From the NCBI GenBank assembly GCA_033551855.1, contig JAWSUI010000015.1:1-64000 (forward strand): a stretch of DNA of 64,000 nucleotides, written 5' to 3'. The notes under the pieces are model-generated. The model had not been told where the DNA came from, ran no database searches, and saw only the letters and a list, made by a program, of their open reading frames with translations. Position 1 is the first letter of the stretch. Each line of letters begins with the position of its first letter. Of this stretch, positions 10,366 through 19,765 are shown piece by piece. Both the position numbers and the translations under genes were made by a program. The DNA is from Deferrisomatales bacterium (GTDB lineage: Bacteria > Desulfobacterota > Deferrisomatia > Deferrisomatales > JACRMM01).

Positions 10366-11655
10366 TCACGCCGTGCGCTCGTCGTACACGCGGCGGGACT
10401 TCCTCTCGCTGCGCGGCAGCATCCCGTACTCCACCACCTCCACCTCCGCGGACACCAGGACCCGGGTCTTGATCCTCTGCTCGATCTCCCGTGCGAGCTC
10501 CCGCTCCCGCCCCGCCGGGGCGCCGGGGTCGCGCTCGACCCGGACGGTCATGAAGTCCTTCCCCTCCCGGGTCTCCAGGTGGATGGTGTACTCGCTGGAA
10601 ACACCCTCCACGTCGGACAGAAGCTCGTCGATCTGCCCCGGGTAGATGTTGACCGCCCGAAAGATGATCATGTCGTCGTCGCGACCCAGGAGCCGGTCGT
10701 GGCGCGGGAGCACCGACCCGCAGGGGCAGGGCTCCGGGAGGGCCCGGGTGAGATCCCGGGTGCGGTACCGGATCAGGGGGGACCCCTCCTTGGCCAGGGT
10801 CGTCACGACCATCTCGCCGATCTCCCCAGGAGCCACCGGTTGCAGGCTCTCCGGGTCCAGGAGCTCGAGCAGGTAGTAGTCCGCCCAGTAGTGGATCCCC
10901 TCGTGCCGGGAGCAGTCGATCCCGGCACCGGGGCCGTAGAGCTCGGTCATCCCGGTGATGTCGTAGAGGTGCTCGGCCCCCAGGAGCTCGAGAATGCGGC
11001 GGCGCATGGCCTCGCTGCACCGCTCGGAGCCCTGGATCACGGTCCGGACGCGGATCCGGTCCCGCACGCCCCGCCGCTCCACTTCTTCCGCCAGGAGCAG
11101 CGCCATGCTGGCGGTGCAGCAGATCACGGTGGGCTGGAGGTCCACCAGGAAGTGGCACTGCATGTCCAGGTTGCCGGGCCCTACCGGGATCGCTAGGGCC
11201 CCCACCGCCTCGCACCCGGCCTGGAAGCCGACCCCTGCGGTCCACAGGCCGTACCCGACCGCGATCTGGACACGGTCCCCCGGACCGACCCCGGCCATCT
11301 CGTAGCACCGGGCGAAGAAGTGGGTCCAGTCCTCCACGTCCTTGCGCGTGTAGCACAGCACCTTGCGCTTCCCCGTCGTTCCCGAGGAGGAGTGGATCCG
11401 GACGAGCTCCTCGAAGGGCGCGCTGCGCAAGGGGAAGGGGTAGCCCTCCCGCAGGTCGTCGGCGGCGGTGAAGGGCAGACGTCGCAGGTCCCCGAGGGAG
11501 CGAATCCCCTCTGGGGCCACCCCCGCCCCCTCCAGGCGGCGGCGGTAGAAGGGGCTGCCCTCCCAGGCGTGCCGCACGGTCCACTGGAGGCCCCGGAGCT
11601 GGTGGGCGGCGAGCTCCTCTTCCGTGCGGAAGCCCGGCATGAACGTCTTGGCCAT
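10366..11655 (-). CDS. Phenylacetate-CoA ligase family protein (tandem paralogue)
   Basis: Same PaaK motifs; ATG 11655 with GGGAG RBS. Confidence 0.9.
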   Translation of the reverse strand: MAKTFMPGFRTEEELAAHQLRGLQWTVRHAWEGSPFYRRRLEGAGVAPEGIRSLGDLRRLPFTAADDLREGYPFPLRSAPFEELVRIHSSSGTTGKRKVLCYTRKDVEDWTHFFARCYEMAGVGPGDRVQIAVGYGLWTAGVGFQAGCEAVGALAIPVGPGNLDMQCHFLVDLQPTVICCTASMALLLAEEVERRGVRDRIRVRTVIQGSERCSEAMRRRILELLGAEHLYDITGMTELYGPGAGIDCSRHEGIHYWADYYLLELLDPESLQPVAPGEIGEMVVTTLAKEGSPLIRYRTRDLTRALPEPCPCGSVLPRHDRLLGRDDDMIIFRAVNIYPGQIDELLSDVEGVSSEYTIHLETREGKDFMTVRVERDPGAPAGRERELAREIEQRIKTRVLVSAEVEVVEYGMLPRSERKSRRVYDERTA

Positions 11656-11927
11656 CTCCCTCTCCCTCGGGCTGTCCCCGGTCCGTTTCCCGACCCTGCA
11701 ACGGAAAGGAGCCCTATCCCGGTACCATCTCGCCCCGCAGGCCGCCGATCCCTTCCCGCCGCCTTCCCGGGACACGGCGACCCGGTCATGGCCCCAAAGA
11801 ACGAAACATTACAGACGACATCAATTGTCCATCTCCAACTTTCTGCAATCGTTGCTATCTGGAGATCGCGGACAAGCCCACTCCAACCCGGCGCCGCCGC
11901 TCTCTGCGGTGCCCGGACCCGGGGCGC

Positions 11928-13670
11928 TCACCGCCCTCGCAGCCGCCCGGTCTCGGCCGCGTCCACGGTCCACGTGAGGGTGTCCACGGCTACCCCGTAC
12001 TCCGAGCGGGCGCGCTCGGGGGAGACGACGCCGTTGCGGACGTCGGCCAGCACCTTCTCCGCGGCGCGCTCCCGGGGGTCGCCCCACCCCCCGCCTCCGC
12101 CCGCCTGTTGGAAGTACAGGGTTCCCTCCGGGACGCCGGCCACCAGGTCCTTGGTCGTGCAGGTGTACCAGGTGCCGTCCGGGTACCGGAGCTTGATGAC
12201 GTTCAGGGTGCCGTCCTTCCCCCCGGCGGCCCCCAGGGCCGGCTCCACGTCCCCGTCGCCGAAGGTTACGAGCTTGACCGCCTCTCCCCCGATCACGAAC
12301 TCGGTTTCCACCCCCAGGCCGCCCCGCCACCGGCCCGCCCCGGCGGAGTCGGTCCAGTACTCGTGCCGCAGCAGCAGATGGGGGGTCTGCTGCTCGAAGA
12401 TCTCGTAGTCCTGGTCGAGGACCCCCCCCGAGGCGTCGATCATGCCGATGTGGTCGTACCCGTCGCACCCCTGGATCGCCCCCGAGCCCCCTTTGAGCCC
12501 CATGAACCCGATGTCCACGAAGGGCTCCCCGCCCTTTCGGGGGTCGCGACCCGTCGTGAGGCTGCACAGGAGCTCCCCCCACTCGGCGGTGACCCGGTCC
12601 GGGATCGCCGGGGCCAGGGCCCGCATGATCGCGTCCGCGTTGTTGGGGCAGAGGTGGTTGCCGTAGGTCGTGGCCGCCGGGTAGGAGGCGTTGAGGATGG
12701 TGCCTTCCGGGATGGTGATCCGGATCGGCCGCACCATCCCCTCGTTGTGGGGGATGTGGGGGTTGACCATCTGCAGGAAGGTCAGGATGGTGGCCGAGGC
12801 GCTGGAGGTGAAGGTGCCGTTGACGAAACCGGTCGTCTGGGGGTCCGTGCCGGTGTAATCGAAGTGGATGTCCCCCTCCTCCACCGTGACGGCGACCCGG
12901 ATCGCGTAGGAGGAGCCGGGGTTCTTGCCGTCGTAGTAGGCCCGGGCCTCCCCCCGGTACACACCGTCGGGGATGGTGCGGATCTCCTGGCGCATCATCT
13001 TCTCCGTGGCGTCGAACAGGTGCGCCACGTGAGCCTCGAAGACGTCGCGGCCGTACCGCTCGAGGATCTTGAGCACGCCCCGCTCCCCCACCACGCAGGA
13101 GCCGATCTCCGCGCGCATGTCCTCCTCGACGATGTCGAGCCGGATGTTGGCGAAGATCAGGTCCCAGACGTCCTTGCGGAGCTTCCCCCTCTCGTAGACC
13201 TTGACCGGGGGGATGCGGAGCGCCTCCTGCCACACCTCCGTGGCCTGGGGGTTGTACCCCCCCTGGACCGCCCCCCCGATGTCGGCCTGGTGCCCCTTGC
13301 AGGCCGCCCAGGCCACCAGCACCCCCTCGTGGAAGATGGGCTTGTAGACGGCGACGTCGTTGTTCTGGTTCCCCATGCTGAAGACGTCGTTGTGGAAGAT
13401 CACGTCCCCTGGGTGCAGGTCGTCGCCGAAGTACTCCAGGATGTACTTGCACACCGGCGCCAGGCTGAAGGCCAGGATGGGCAGATTCTCGGTCTGCTCG
13501 AGCATGTTGCCCCGGGCGTCGTAGAGCCCGGTGACGAAGTCCTTCGCCTCGCACAGGATCGGGGACCGGGTGGTCCGCGTCATCGCGATGCTCATCTCCT
13601 CCGTGATGCTCTTCAGTCGGCGCTGGAGGATGGAGACCAGGACCTTGTCGATGGGGATCTCACGGCTCAT
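11928..13670 (-). CDS. Hydantoinase B / oxoprolinase family subunit
   Basis: EEMSIAMTRTTRSP, HQADIGG, DSAGAGRWRGG, GGGGGWGDP. Confidence 0.92.
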   Translation of the reverse strand: MSREIPIDKVLVSILQRRLKSITEEMSIAMTRTTRSPILCEAKDFVTGLYDARGNMLEQTENLPILAFSLAPVCKYILEYFGDDLHPGDVIFHNDVFSMGNQNNDVAVYKPIFHEGVLVAWAACKGHQADIGGAVQGGYNPQATEVWQEALRIPPVKVYERGKLRKDVWDLIFANIRLDIVEEDMRAEIGSCVVGERGVLKILERYGRDVFEAHVAHLFDATEKMMRQEIRTIPDGVYRGEARAYYDGKNPGSSYAIRVAVTVEEGDIHFDYTGTDPQTTGFVNGTFTSSASATILTFLQMVNPHIPHNEGMVRPIRITIPEGTILNASYPAATTYGNHLCPNNADAIMRALAPAIPDRVTAEWGELLCSLTTGRDPRKGGEPFVDIGFMGLKGGSGAIQGCDGYDHIGMIDASGGVLDQDYEIFEQQTPHLLLRHEYWTDSAGAGRWRGGLGVETEFVIGGEAVKLVTFGDGDVEPALGAAGGKDGTLNVIKLRYPDGTWYTCTTKDLVAGVPEGTLYFQQAGGGGGWGDPRERAAEKVLADVRNGVVSPERARSEYGVAVDTLTWTVDAAETGRLRGR

Positions 13671-15772
13671 GGCAGGACCCTCCGCAGGATCTCCTCCTCC
13701 TGCTCCCTCAGATACAGTGTGTACGTCCCGAAGCGGTCCACGACGACGTCGAACTCCGGCGTGACGAAGGTGGTGGTGTTCACCTGCTCGATGATCACCG
13801 GCCCCTCGAGGCGGTTCCCGTGGCGCAGCCCCATGCCGTCGAAGACGTCGACGTTGGTGAAGCGCTTCTCCCGGGGCAGGTACGCCCGGCGCTTCCCCTT
13901 GAAGGCCGGCGAAGGGTCGGCGCCGGCCCGGGGCTCCGGGACCAGGCTCGGCTTTTCGGTGCGCCCCACGGCGGACAGCCGCAGGTTGATCAGCTCCACG
14001 GGGGTACCCTTGTCCTCCAGGGAGTACCCGTAGAGGGCGTCGTGCTGGGGGTGGAACCTTCGGGCGACGGCGTGGGGATCGCAGGCCTCGGCCTCCTCCC
14101 AGGGAAGCTCGACCCCCACCTCGTGGTACTGCCGCACGTAGCGCAGGTCGGCCGTCACCTGGAACGTGACCCGCTCCTCGGGAATCCCCTCGCTCTCCAG
14201 GAGCTCCAGGCCCTCCCGGCGCATCTCCTGCAGCAGGGACCGGAAGTGGCCCCGGTCCAGGGCGTCCAGCCGGGTCGGGTAGGTGCGCACGAAGTCGTGC
14301 TTGAGGTCGGATCGCAGCATCCCGGCAGCGCAGAAGATCGAGGACTCCCGCGGGATGAGCACGACCGGGATCCCGAGCTCCAGGGCGATCTGGCAGGCGT
14401 GATTGGGGCCGGCGCCGCCGGCCGTGACCAGGGGGAAGTCGCGGGGGTCGTACCCGTTCTTGACGGCGATCTCCCGCACCGCGGCAGCCATGGAGACGTT
14501 GATCACCTCGTACATCCCGGCGGCCGCCCGGGCCAGGTCCATCCCCAGGGGCTCGGCCACGTGGACCCGGATGGCCTCCTCGGCAGCCTGCCGGTCCAGT
14601 CGGATGCGCCCCCCCGCGAAGAAATCGGGGTCCAGGTACCCCAGCACCAGGTCGGCGTCGGAGCAGGTGGGGAGCTTGCCGCCCCGACCGTAGCACGCGG
14701 GCCCCGGGTCCGCCCCGGCGCTCTGGGGGCCCATCCGCAGGAGGCCGCCCTCGTCGATCCACCCGATGGAGCCGCCCCCGGCGCCGATGGTCACCACGTT
14801 GAGCATGGGCAGGCTGATGCGGAGCCGGTCGATGTCCCCTTCGGTGGTCGTGAGGGGCCTCCCGTCCTTGACCAGGGCCACGTCGAAGCTGGTGCCCCCC
14901 ATGTCGCAGGTGATGCAGTCCCGGTGCCCCTGGCCCGAGGAGAAGGCGAGGCCCGCCACCGGCCCCCCCGCCGGGCCGGAGAGGAGCGTCATGGCAGGCT
15001 TGGAGATGGCGGCCTCCGGGGAGATGACCCCCCCGTTGGAGGCCATGATCAGGAGCACGCCCCGGTACCGCAGCCCTTCGAGACGACGGATGAGGCTGCG
15101 CAGGTAGCGCTCGAGCACGGGCCCCACGTAGGCGTTGAGCGCGGCGGTGGAGACCCGGTCGTAGAAGCGGATGGCCGGAACGACCTCGGTGGAGACCGAG
15201 ACGAAGGCGCCGGGCAGCGCCTCGCGGACGAGCTCGGCCGCCCGGGCCTCGTGGGCCGGGTTGGCGAAGGAGTTCATGAAGCAGATGGCGACCGCCTCGA
15301 CCCCCTCCCGGCGGAAGGTCTCGACGGCGGCGGCCACGGACTCCTCGTCCAGGGGCGTGAGCACCTCGCCCCGATAGTCGAGCCTCTCGTCCACGGGGAG
15401 GCGGAGGCGGCGCTCCACCACGGGCCGCACGTTCTCGTACCGGTTGTTGTACTGCTCCTCCCGGATGCCCCGGCGCATCTCCAGCGCGTCCCGAACGCCC
15501 CGGGTGGTGAGGAGCCCGGTCCGGGCGCCGCGGTGGGTCAGGGTGGCGTTGGTGGTGACCGTGGTGCCGTGGACGATGGTGGTCACCTTCTCCAGGAACG
15601 GCTCGGTCTCGAGGCCCCGGTCCCGCGCCATCTCCTCGATCCCCTGGATCGTCGCGATGGCGGGGTCCGCCGGCGTCGAGAGGACCTTGTAGATGTGGCT
15701 CGTCCCGTCCTCCTCGGTGAGGAGGAAGTCGGTGAAGGTCCCCCCCACGTCGATGCCGATCTTGTAGGACAT
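13667..15772 (-). CDS. Hydantoinase A / oxoprolinase family ATP-binding subunit
   Basis: IGIDVGGTFTD, HGTTVTTNA, SGPAGG, DMGGTS, GAGGGS, SAGADPGPACY. Confidence 0.95.
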   Translation of the reverse strand: MSYKIGIDVGGTFTDFLLTEEDGTSHIYKVLSTPADPAIATIQGIEEMARDRGLETEPFLEKVTTIVHGTTVTTNATLTHRGARTGLLTTRGVRDALEMRRGIREEQYNNRYENVRPVVERRLRLPVDERLDYRGEVLTPLDEESVAAAVETFRREGVEAVAICFMNSFANPAHEARAAELVREALPGAFVSVSTEVVPAIRFYDRVSTAALNAYVGPVLERYLRSLIRRLEGLRYRGVLLIMASNGGVISPEAAISKPAMTLLSGPAGGPVAGLAFSSGQGHRDCITCDMGGTSFDVALVKDGRPLTTTEGDIDRLRISLPMLNVVTIGAGGGSIGWIDEGGLLRMGPQSAGADPGPACYGRGGKLPTCSDADLVLGYLDPDFFAGGRIRLDRQAAEEAIRVHVAEPLGMDLARAAAGMYEVINVSMAAAVREIAVKNGYDPRDFPLVTAGGAGPNHACQIALELGIPVVLIPRESSIFCAAGMLRSDLKHDFVRTYPTRLDALDRGHFRSLLQEMRREGLELLESEGIPEERVTFQVTADLRYVRQYHEVGVELPWEEAEACDPHAVARRFHPQHDALYGYSLEDKGTPVELINLRLSAVGRTEKPSLVPEPRAGADPSPAFKGKRRAYLPREKRFTNVDVFDGMGLRHGNRLEGPVIIEQVNTTTFVTPEFDVVVDRFGTYTLYLREQEEEILRRVLP

Positions 15773-15866
15773 GGCGACTCCTGGCCTTGCTATTGGTCCC
15801 ATCGGTCCCATGGGTCCCAGGCCACCCACAGGGCCCACGGGACGCATGTGACCCATGAAGAACCCG

Positions 15867-17501
15867 CTAAAAAATCTTCGGTTCCTCGAACTCCCCGAAC
15901 GCCTCCCGGAAAACGTCCGCCATCTCGCCCACGGTGGCGTAGGCGCGGCAGCATGCCACCAGGGGCGGCATCACATTCGCCCCCTCCCGGGCGCCCTTCG
16001 CCAGGGCCTTCAGGGAGTCGGCCGCCTCCCGCCCGTTGCGGGACCGGCGCAGCTCCTTCAGGTCCGCGAGCTTCTCCTCCGCCCAGGAATCGTCGTACTC
16101 GTGCAGTTCCACCTCGTGCTCCCCCTCGGTGACGTACTTGTTCACCCCCACCTTCACCAGCTCCCCGCGCTCCAGGGCCGCCTGGAACTCGAAGGCCTGC
16201 CGCGCCACCTTGCGCTGCACGTAGCCGTCCTTCACGCAGGCGAGCATCCCTCCCCGGCGGTCCACGTCCTCCATCTCCTCCCGGATCTTCTCCTCCATCT
16301 GCTTGGTCAGGGTCTCCACGAAGTAGGAGCCGGCCAGCGGGTCCACCGTGTCCCGCATCCCCACCTCCTCCATCAGGATCTGGCAGGTGCGCAGGGAGAG
16401 GAGCGCCGACCGGGGCGTGGGGATGGTGTAGGCCTCGTCGAAGGAGCACAGGGCCGTGGTCTGGGCCCCGGACAACGCCGCCGCCAGGGCGTAGTACGCC
16501 CCCCGGATGATGTTGTTCTCCGGCTCGGCCTTCGTCAGACCGGACCCGCCGCCGGCGAAGAGGCCCCGGAGCCAGAGGTTCCGCGGGTCCTTGACCCCGT
16601 ACCGGTCCCTGAGGTTCTGGGCCCACACCTTCCGGCCGGCGCGGAACTTGGCCACCTGCTCCCACAGGTTCCCGAAGATGTTGAGGTTGAAGCTGAAGCG
16701 CCCCACGAACTGGTCCGGGTGGTAGCCTCGGCGCACCACCTCGTCGATGTAGGCGTTGGCGATGCCGAAGGCGTAGGCCATCTCCTGGGCCGGGGTGGCC
16801 CCCGACTCCCGGATGTGGTACCCGCAGATGCTCACCGGGTTCGTGCGGGGCATGGCCTCGATGGAGTATTCGATGGTGTCCCCGATCAGCCGCACCGCCG
16901 GGTCCAGGGCGTAGATCCAGGCGCCCCGGCCGATGACCTCCTTGAGGATGTCGTTCTGGGGGGTCGCGGAGATTCGGGTCCGGTCGAACCCCAACTTCTC
17001 GCCCACGGCCTGGTACATGGCCAACATGATCGAGGCCACGGCGTTGATCGTGAGCCCGGCGCCGACCTTGTCGAGGTCGATGCCGGCGAAAGCGACCTCG
17101 AAGTCCCGCAGGCTGTCGACCGCCATGCCGACGCGACCCACCTCGCCCTCGGCCATGGGGTGGTCGGAGTCCAGACCCATCTGGGTCGGCAGGTCGAACG
17201 CCACGTTGAGGCCCGTCTGGCCGTGGGCGATCATGAGCCGGAAGCGCTCGTTGGTCTCCCGGGGGGTCCCGAACCCCGTGTACTGCCGGGTCGTCCACTC
17301 CCGCGACCGGTACCCTTCGGCGAAGAGGTTCCGGGTGAAGGGGTACTCCCCCGGCTCCCCCAGGTCGGTCCCGTAGTCGAACCCGACCGCGGCCAGGTCC
17401 TCCGGCCCGTACTTGGCCTTGACCGGGATGCCGGAGGCCAGAATCACCTCCCGGATGCGGTCCTTTTCGTCTTTCACATATCGCGCGACGTCCATGAACA
17501 C
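15867..17501 (-). CDS. B12-dependent acyl-CoA mutase large subunit (methylmalonyl-CoA mutase N-terminal family)
   Basis: RQYTGFG, AFDLPTQMGLDSD, QNDILKE, GYHIRESG, DPLAGSYFVE. Confidence 0.93.
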   Translation of the reverse strand: MFMDVARYVKDEKDRIREVILASGIPVKAKYGPEDLAAVGFDYGTDLGEPGEYPFTRNLFAEGYRSREWTTRQYTGFGTPRETNERFRLMIAHGQTGLNVAFDLPTQMGLDSDHPMAEGEVGRVGMAVDSLRDFEVAFAGIDLDKVGAGLTINAVASIMLAMYQAVGEKLGFDRTRISATPQNDILKEVIGRGAWIYALDPAVRLIGDTIEYSIEAMPRTNPVSICGYHIRESGATPAQEMAYAFGIANAYIDEVVRRGYHPDQFVGRFSFNLNIFGNLWEQVAKFRAGRKVWAQNLRDRYGVKDPRNLWLRGLFAGGGSGLTKAEPENNIIRGAYYALAAALSGAQTTALCSFDEAYTIPTPRSALLSLRTCQILMEEVGMRDTVDPLAGSYFVETLTKQMEEKIREEMEDVDRRGGMLACVKDGYVQRKVARQAFEFQAALERGELVKVGVNKYVTEGEHEVELHEYDDSWAEEKLADLKELRRSRNGREAADSLKALAKGAREGANVMPPLVACCRAYATVGEMADVFREAFGEFEEPKIF

Positions 17502-17580
17502 CTCGTTGACAGGGGATCGTTGGGACGAACACGACCGATGGGCCCCATGGGACCGCTACGTCCCGTCGGTCCTGTGGGTC

Positions 17581-17991
17581 CTATTCTCGCGGCGCCCCTC
17601 GCCCCACGTTCTCCCGGATGAACCGGATCGTCTCCTCCAGGGGCGTGCCGCCGGGGAAGATCCCCTTCACCCCCAGCTCACGCAGGGCATCGAAATCCCG
17701 GCTGGGGATCACCCCGCCCACGCACACCAGCTTGTCCGCCGCCCCCTTGTCCCGCAGGAGCCCCATGAGCTTGCGGCAGATGGGGAGGTGACCCCCGGTC
17801 ATCACCGAGAGGCCCACCACGTCCACGTCCTCCTGGACCGCCGCCTGGACGATGGACTCGACGCTCTGGTGAAGGCCGGTGTAGACGACCTCCATGCCGG
17901 CCTCCTTGAGCGCGTGGGCTACCACCTTTGCCCCCCGGTCGTGTCCGTCCAGGCCGGGCTTCGCCACCAGAACCTTGATCTTACGGCTCAA
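17581..17991 (-). CDS. Acyl-CoA mutase cobalamin-binding small subunit
   Basis: KPGLDGHDRG (DxHxxG), GLS, GGVIP. Confidence 0.95.
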   Translation of the reverse strand: MSRKIKVLVAKPGLDGHDRGAKVVAHALKEAGMEVVYTGLHQSVESIVQAAVQEDVDVVGLSVMTGGHLPICRKLMGLLRDKGAADKLVCVGGVIPSRDFDALRELGVKGIFPGGTPLEETIRFIRENVGRGAPRE

Positions 17992-18104
17992 CTTGGCCTC
18001 CGTCTTCGTCCCCCGATTCCGGTCTCGGTCACGGCTCCGATACCGATAGCGATCCCGATGCCGATGTCCTCACCGAACACCCGTCACGCGTCGATCGTCG
18101 CCCG

Positions 18105-18398
18105 TCACCCGTGGCGGTACTGGACGCCGCAGCCTCCCCGCGGGTACCTCCAGGAGAGGGCATCCTCCCGGCAGGCGACGAGGCAGGTGCCGCACTCCAG
18201 GCACCCGGCGTACTCCACCACCATCTGCTGGGCCTCGTCGTTCCACTCGTACAGCGCAGCCGGGCACACCCGGATGCAGTACCGGTCGGAGCACCGGTCC
18301 CGGCAGATCTCGGCGTCCACCGCGATGTGGCTCTCGGCGTCGTGCTTGATGGCGTTCTTCGTGAGCTTCGCCGCGACGTCCACGTCCTCGCTCCTCAT
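18105..18398 (-). CDS. fixX: FixX-like ferredoxin
   Basis: CIRVCPAALY, GCLECGTC, WRYPRGG; follows fixC. Confidence 0.88.
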   Translation of the reverse strand: MRSEDVDVAAKLTKNAIKHDAESHIAVDAEICRDRCSDRYCIRVCPAALYEWNDEAQQMVVEYAGCLECGTCLVACREDALSWRYPRGGCGVQYRHG

Positions 18399-18448
18399 CG
18401 TTGCGCCCCTCGGACGGGTCGGACGCGTCCGACCCGTCCGAGGGGCGC

Positions 18449-19735
18449 TCAGATCTTCCGCCAGGGCGCCAGGGCCTTCAGATCCCCCCAGTTCAGCACG
18501 TTCCTCCGCAGAAAACCCCACAACTTCGACGAGACCTTGCCTGGCCGCCCCTTCTCCAGCCGGACCAGGTCGCCCAGGAGCCCGCAGACCTCCCGGGGAT
18601 ACCGGTCGAAGAGGGCTGGGTTCTCCAGCAGCCGCGGCATCCCCCTATAGGCCTCCAGGTACTTCCAGACGAAGCTCTCCCGAAGCCGCCGGGGGTACCC
18701 CGCCAAGCCCGCCTCCGACCAGTCACCCCTCTCCCGGGCCTCGATGACCGCCTCGGCGGCCATCCGGCCGCTGGCGATGGCGAACTCCATCCCGCGTACG
18801 GTGTAGCCCATGTTGAGGGCCAGCCCGGCGGCGTCACCGGCGAGGAGGAGCCCGTCCGCCGCCAGGGGCGGGACCGCATCGAGTCCCCCTTCGGGGATCA
18901 GGTGGGCGGAGTACTCCAGCAGCTCCCCCCCGCGCACCAGGCTCCTCACCCGGGGGTGCGCCTTGAACGCCTCATAGAGCTCCGGGACCTTCATCGAAGC
19001 CCCCTTCTCCATGAGGTCCCCCACCCCGACGACGAGCCCGAGGGAGAGGGAGTCGCGGTTGGTGTAGCAGAACCCCCCGCCCAGGAGCCCCCGGGTGACC
19101 GTGCCGACGAAGAGCTCGGCGCAGCCCTCGCCGGCCTCCAGCTGGAACCGGTCCTCGATGACCCCTGACGGGAGCCCCACCACTTCCTTCACCCCGATCG
19201 CCACGGTCCGCGGGGCGGGGCGGTCCCGCAACCCCCCGGCCTTCCCCACGAAGGAGAGGAGTCCGTCGCAGGCGATCACCGCGTGGGCGGGGATGTCTTC
19301 GCCGTCCACCCGCACGCCGGCCACCGCGCCGCCCTCCCGGAGGAGCTCGGTCACCGGCTTCTGGGGGATGACGTAGGCGCCCTTTGCCCCGACCCGCTCG
19401 GCGAGCCAGCCGTCGAGGCGGGCCCGCAGGACCGTGTAGCTGCGGGGGCGCTCCCCCCCGAGCCCCTCGTCCTGGAAGTCCAGGCGGAGGCTCCGGCCCT
19501 CGTCCAGGAGCGTCCACGCCTCGTGGGTGACCGGCCGTTCCAGGGGGGCCTCCTCCCACCACTCCGGGAACAGGTCCCGCACGCTGTCGACGTAGAGACG
19601 GCCGCCCGTCACGTTCTTGGAACCCGGGGCGTCCCCCCGCTCCAGGACCACGACCTGGAGGCCGGCGTCCGCCAGGGTCTCTGCGGCGGCGAGGCCCGCG
19701 AGACCCGCGCCGACGACGACGGCGTCCATCTTCAC
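18449..19735 (-). CDS. fixC: FixC-like flavoprotein (ETF:quinone oxidoreductase)
   Basis: VVGAGLAG, PGSKNVTGG, EYSAHLIPEGG, GDAAG. Confidence 0.9.
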   Translation of the reverse strand: MKMDAVVVGAGLAGLAAAETLADAGLQVVVLERGDAPGSKNVTGGRLYVDSVRDLFPEWWEEAPLERPVTHEAWTLLDEGRSLRLDFQDEGLGGERPRSYTVLRARLDGWLAERVGAKGAYVIPQKPVTELLREGGAVAGVRVDGEDIPAHAVIACDGLLSFVGKAGGLRDRPAPRTVAIGVKEVVGLPSGVIEDRFQLEAGEGCAELFVGTVTRGLLGGGFCYTNRDSLSLGLVVGVGDLMEKGASMKVPELYEAFKAHPRVRSLVRGGELLEYSAHLIPEGGLDAVPPLAADGLLLAGDAAGLALNMGYTVRGMEFAIASGRMAAEAVIEARERGDWSEAGLAGYPRRLRESFVWKYLEAYRGMPRLLENPALFDRYPREVCGLLGDLVRLEKGRPGKVSSKLWGFLRRNVLNWGDLKALAPWRKI

Positions 19736-19765
19736 GGCCGCGCCTCCCCCGAGGGCCGTGACGCG

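Noticed and set aside
15790..15856. Collagen-like MGPMGP peptide extensions on ORFs here and near 17540
   Set aside because: Translation of 9-bp intergenic repeats; the real starts lie downstream
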